Origin: Paecilomyces variotii
Lineage: Eukaryota
DNA: 64,000 nt
NCBI GenBank assembly: GCA_004022145.1
Contig: RCNU01000023.1
Strand: one strand, 5' to 3'
The stretch's first letter is position 1, and the number at the start of each line of letters is the position of its first letter. Positions 63,193 through 64,000 of the stretch are shown here, one piece after another. The translations under genes were made by a program, and so were the position numbers. Below the pieces are notes generated by a model. That model was not told the DNA's origin and did no database searches. It worked only from the letters and a program-made list of their open reading frames with translations.

Positions 63193-64000
63193 TCACCGAC
63201 GGTCAAAGAACCAACTGCTACGCTTACCAGATCCCTCAGACTGGAGTCCAGATACTGTAGGAATAGCAGCACTCCCGTTGGCATCAGAACCACCACCGCC
63301 ACGAAGCGGCTTGGCGATCCTGGAACCGCCGAAGCTGAAGCCCCCAGCGGCGTCCATGGAGGGAAGACCCCGAGTGGAACCCTGCTTGGCTGCTTCGAGA
63401 CGCTCCTTGACAGCTGTAAGCTGCGCTTCGAATCTAAAAACAATCAGTCAGCAACACGTCAACCAGAAAGGGTATCGTTATACGAACCTGTGGTTAGCAG
63501 CCGTTAGCTTCTCCTGGCTGTCCTGGAGCAAGCTCTCCAGACTGCTGATCCGCTCGTTGCGTGCAATCAGCTTTCGTTCGGCGATAGCAACTTCCTTCTT
63601 CAGGCTGCTGTTCTGCTCCACGAGCTGGCGCTGCACGTGGGTCAGTTGTTCGAGATTGCGTTCCAGGAACGCCATCTTCTTCTGCTGAGCGCGGTTGTTA
63701 GAGGACTTCAGCACATTGTTGTACTGCTCCCGCGTCTCATCAAGGGAGATCTCGAGTTCAACAACACGCTCGCAGCGGTTCTGAAGGTCACGCATGAGCG
63801 ACTTCTTCATGATGTCGAAGTCAGCGATCTGCTGCTGCAGCGTCTTGCTGTTCACAGCTGCGGATCCCGCCGTGCCATTGGCAGAGGCGCGCTGAGCCTC
63901 AGCCAGTTCGTCGCGCAGCTTCTTCAACTCCTCATCCCGGCGAGTAAGCTCAGCCCTGAGGGCCTCCGCGGACTGCATCTCATGATCGCGCTGGCTGATG
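63193..64000 (-). CDS. kinA: Kinesin-1 heavy chain, C-terminal part (partial, continues beyond the window)
   Basis: KKSLMRDLQNRCERVVELEISLD, QKKMAFLERNLEQLT, the autoinhibitory RIAKPLRGG (IAK) motif and C-terminal KRSSWFFDRR*. One intron near 63483-63430. Confidence 0.95.

Overview
Eukaryotic DNA from a filamentous ascomycete, probably Eurotiales (Aspergillus/Talaromyces/Paecilomyces-like). This is inferred from gene content, short GT-AG introns with CTAAC/CTGAC branch points and strong RIP-type decay. Bases 1-3173 are an extremely AT-rich, RIP-degraded transposon block that ends in a recognisable hAT transposase C-terminus and a TAGGGATG-type terminus. An accessory-looking stretch follows: a PLC-like phosphodiesterase, an Mtr-type amino-acid permease, a 3-exon hydrophobin and a decayed fungal transcription factor. 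The rest is gene-dense and mostly housekeeping: NAC-beta (egd1), Nup53-like protein, histidine acid phosphatase, omega-class GST, four SDRs in total, 5'-nucleotidase, PGM-family protein, MRJP/yellow protein, PCI/Csn12-like protein, FMO, Lcp5, a GPI protein, TM9/Emp70, NCS-1, guanylate kinase, bleomycin hydrolase, a fungal TF-domain protein and the 3' end of kinesin-1. The most notable observations are an apparent 1-nucleotide exon in egd1 (skipping it gives a frameshift), a 437-bp pogo/Fot1-type MITE in a divergent promoter, a hidden in-frame mitochondrial-type presequence on guanylate kinase, and a GC-AG intron. Multi-exon genes are given as start-to-stop spans from manual splicing. No database searches were run, and no wholly new multi-gene system can be supported from this sequence alone.
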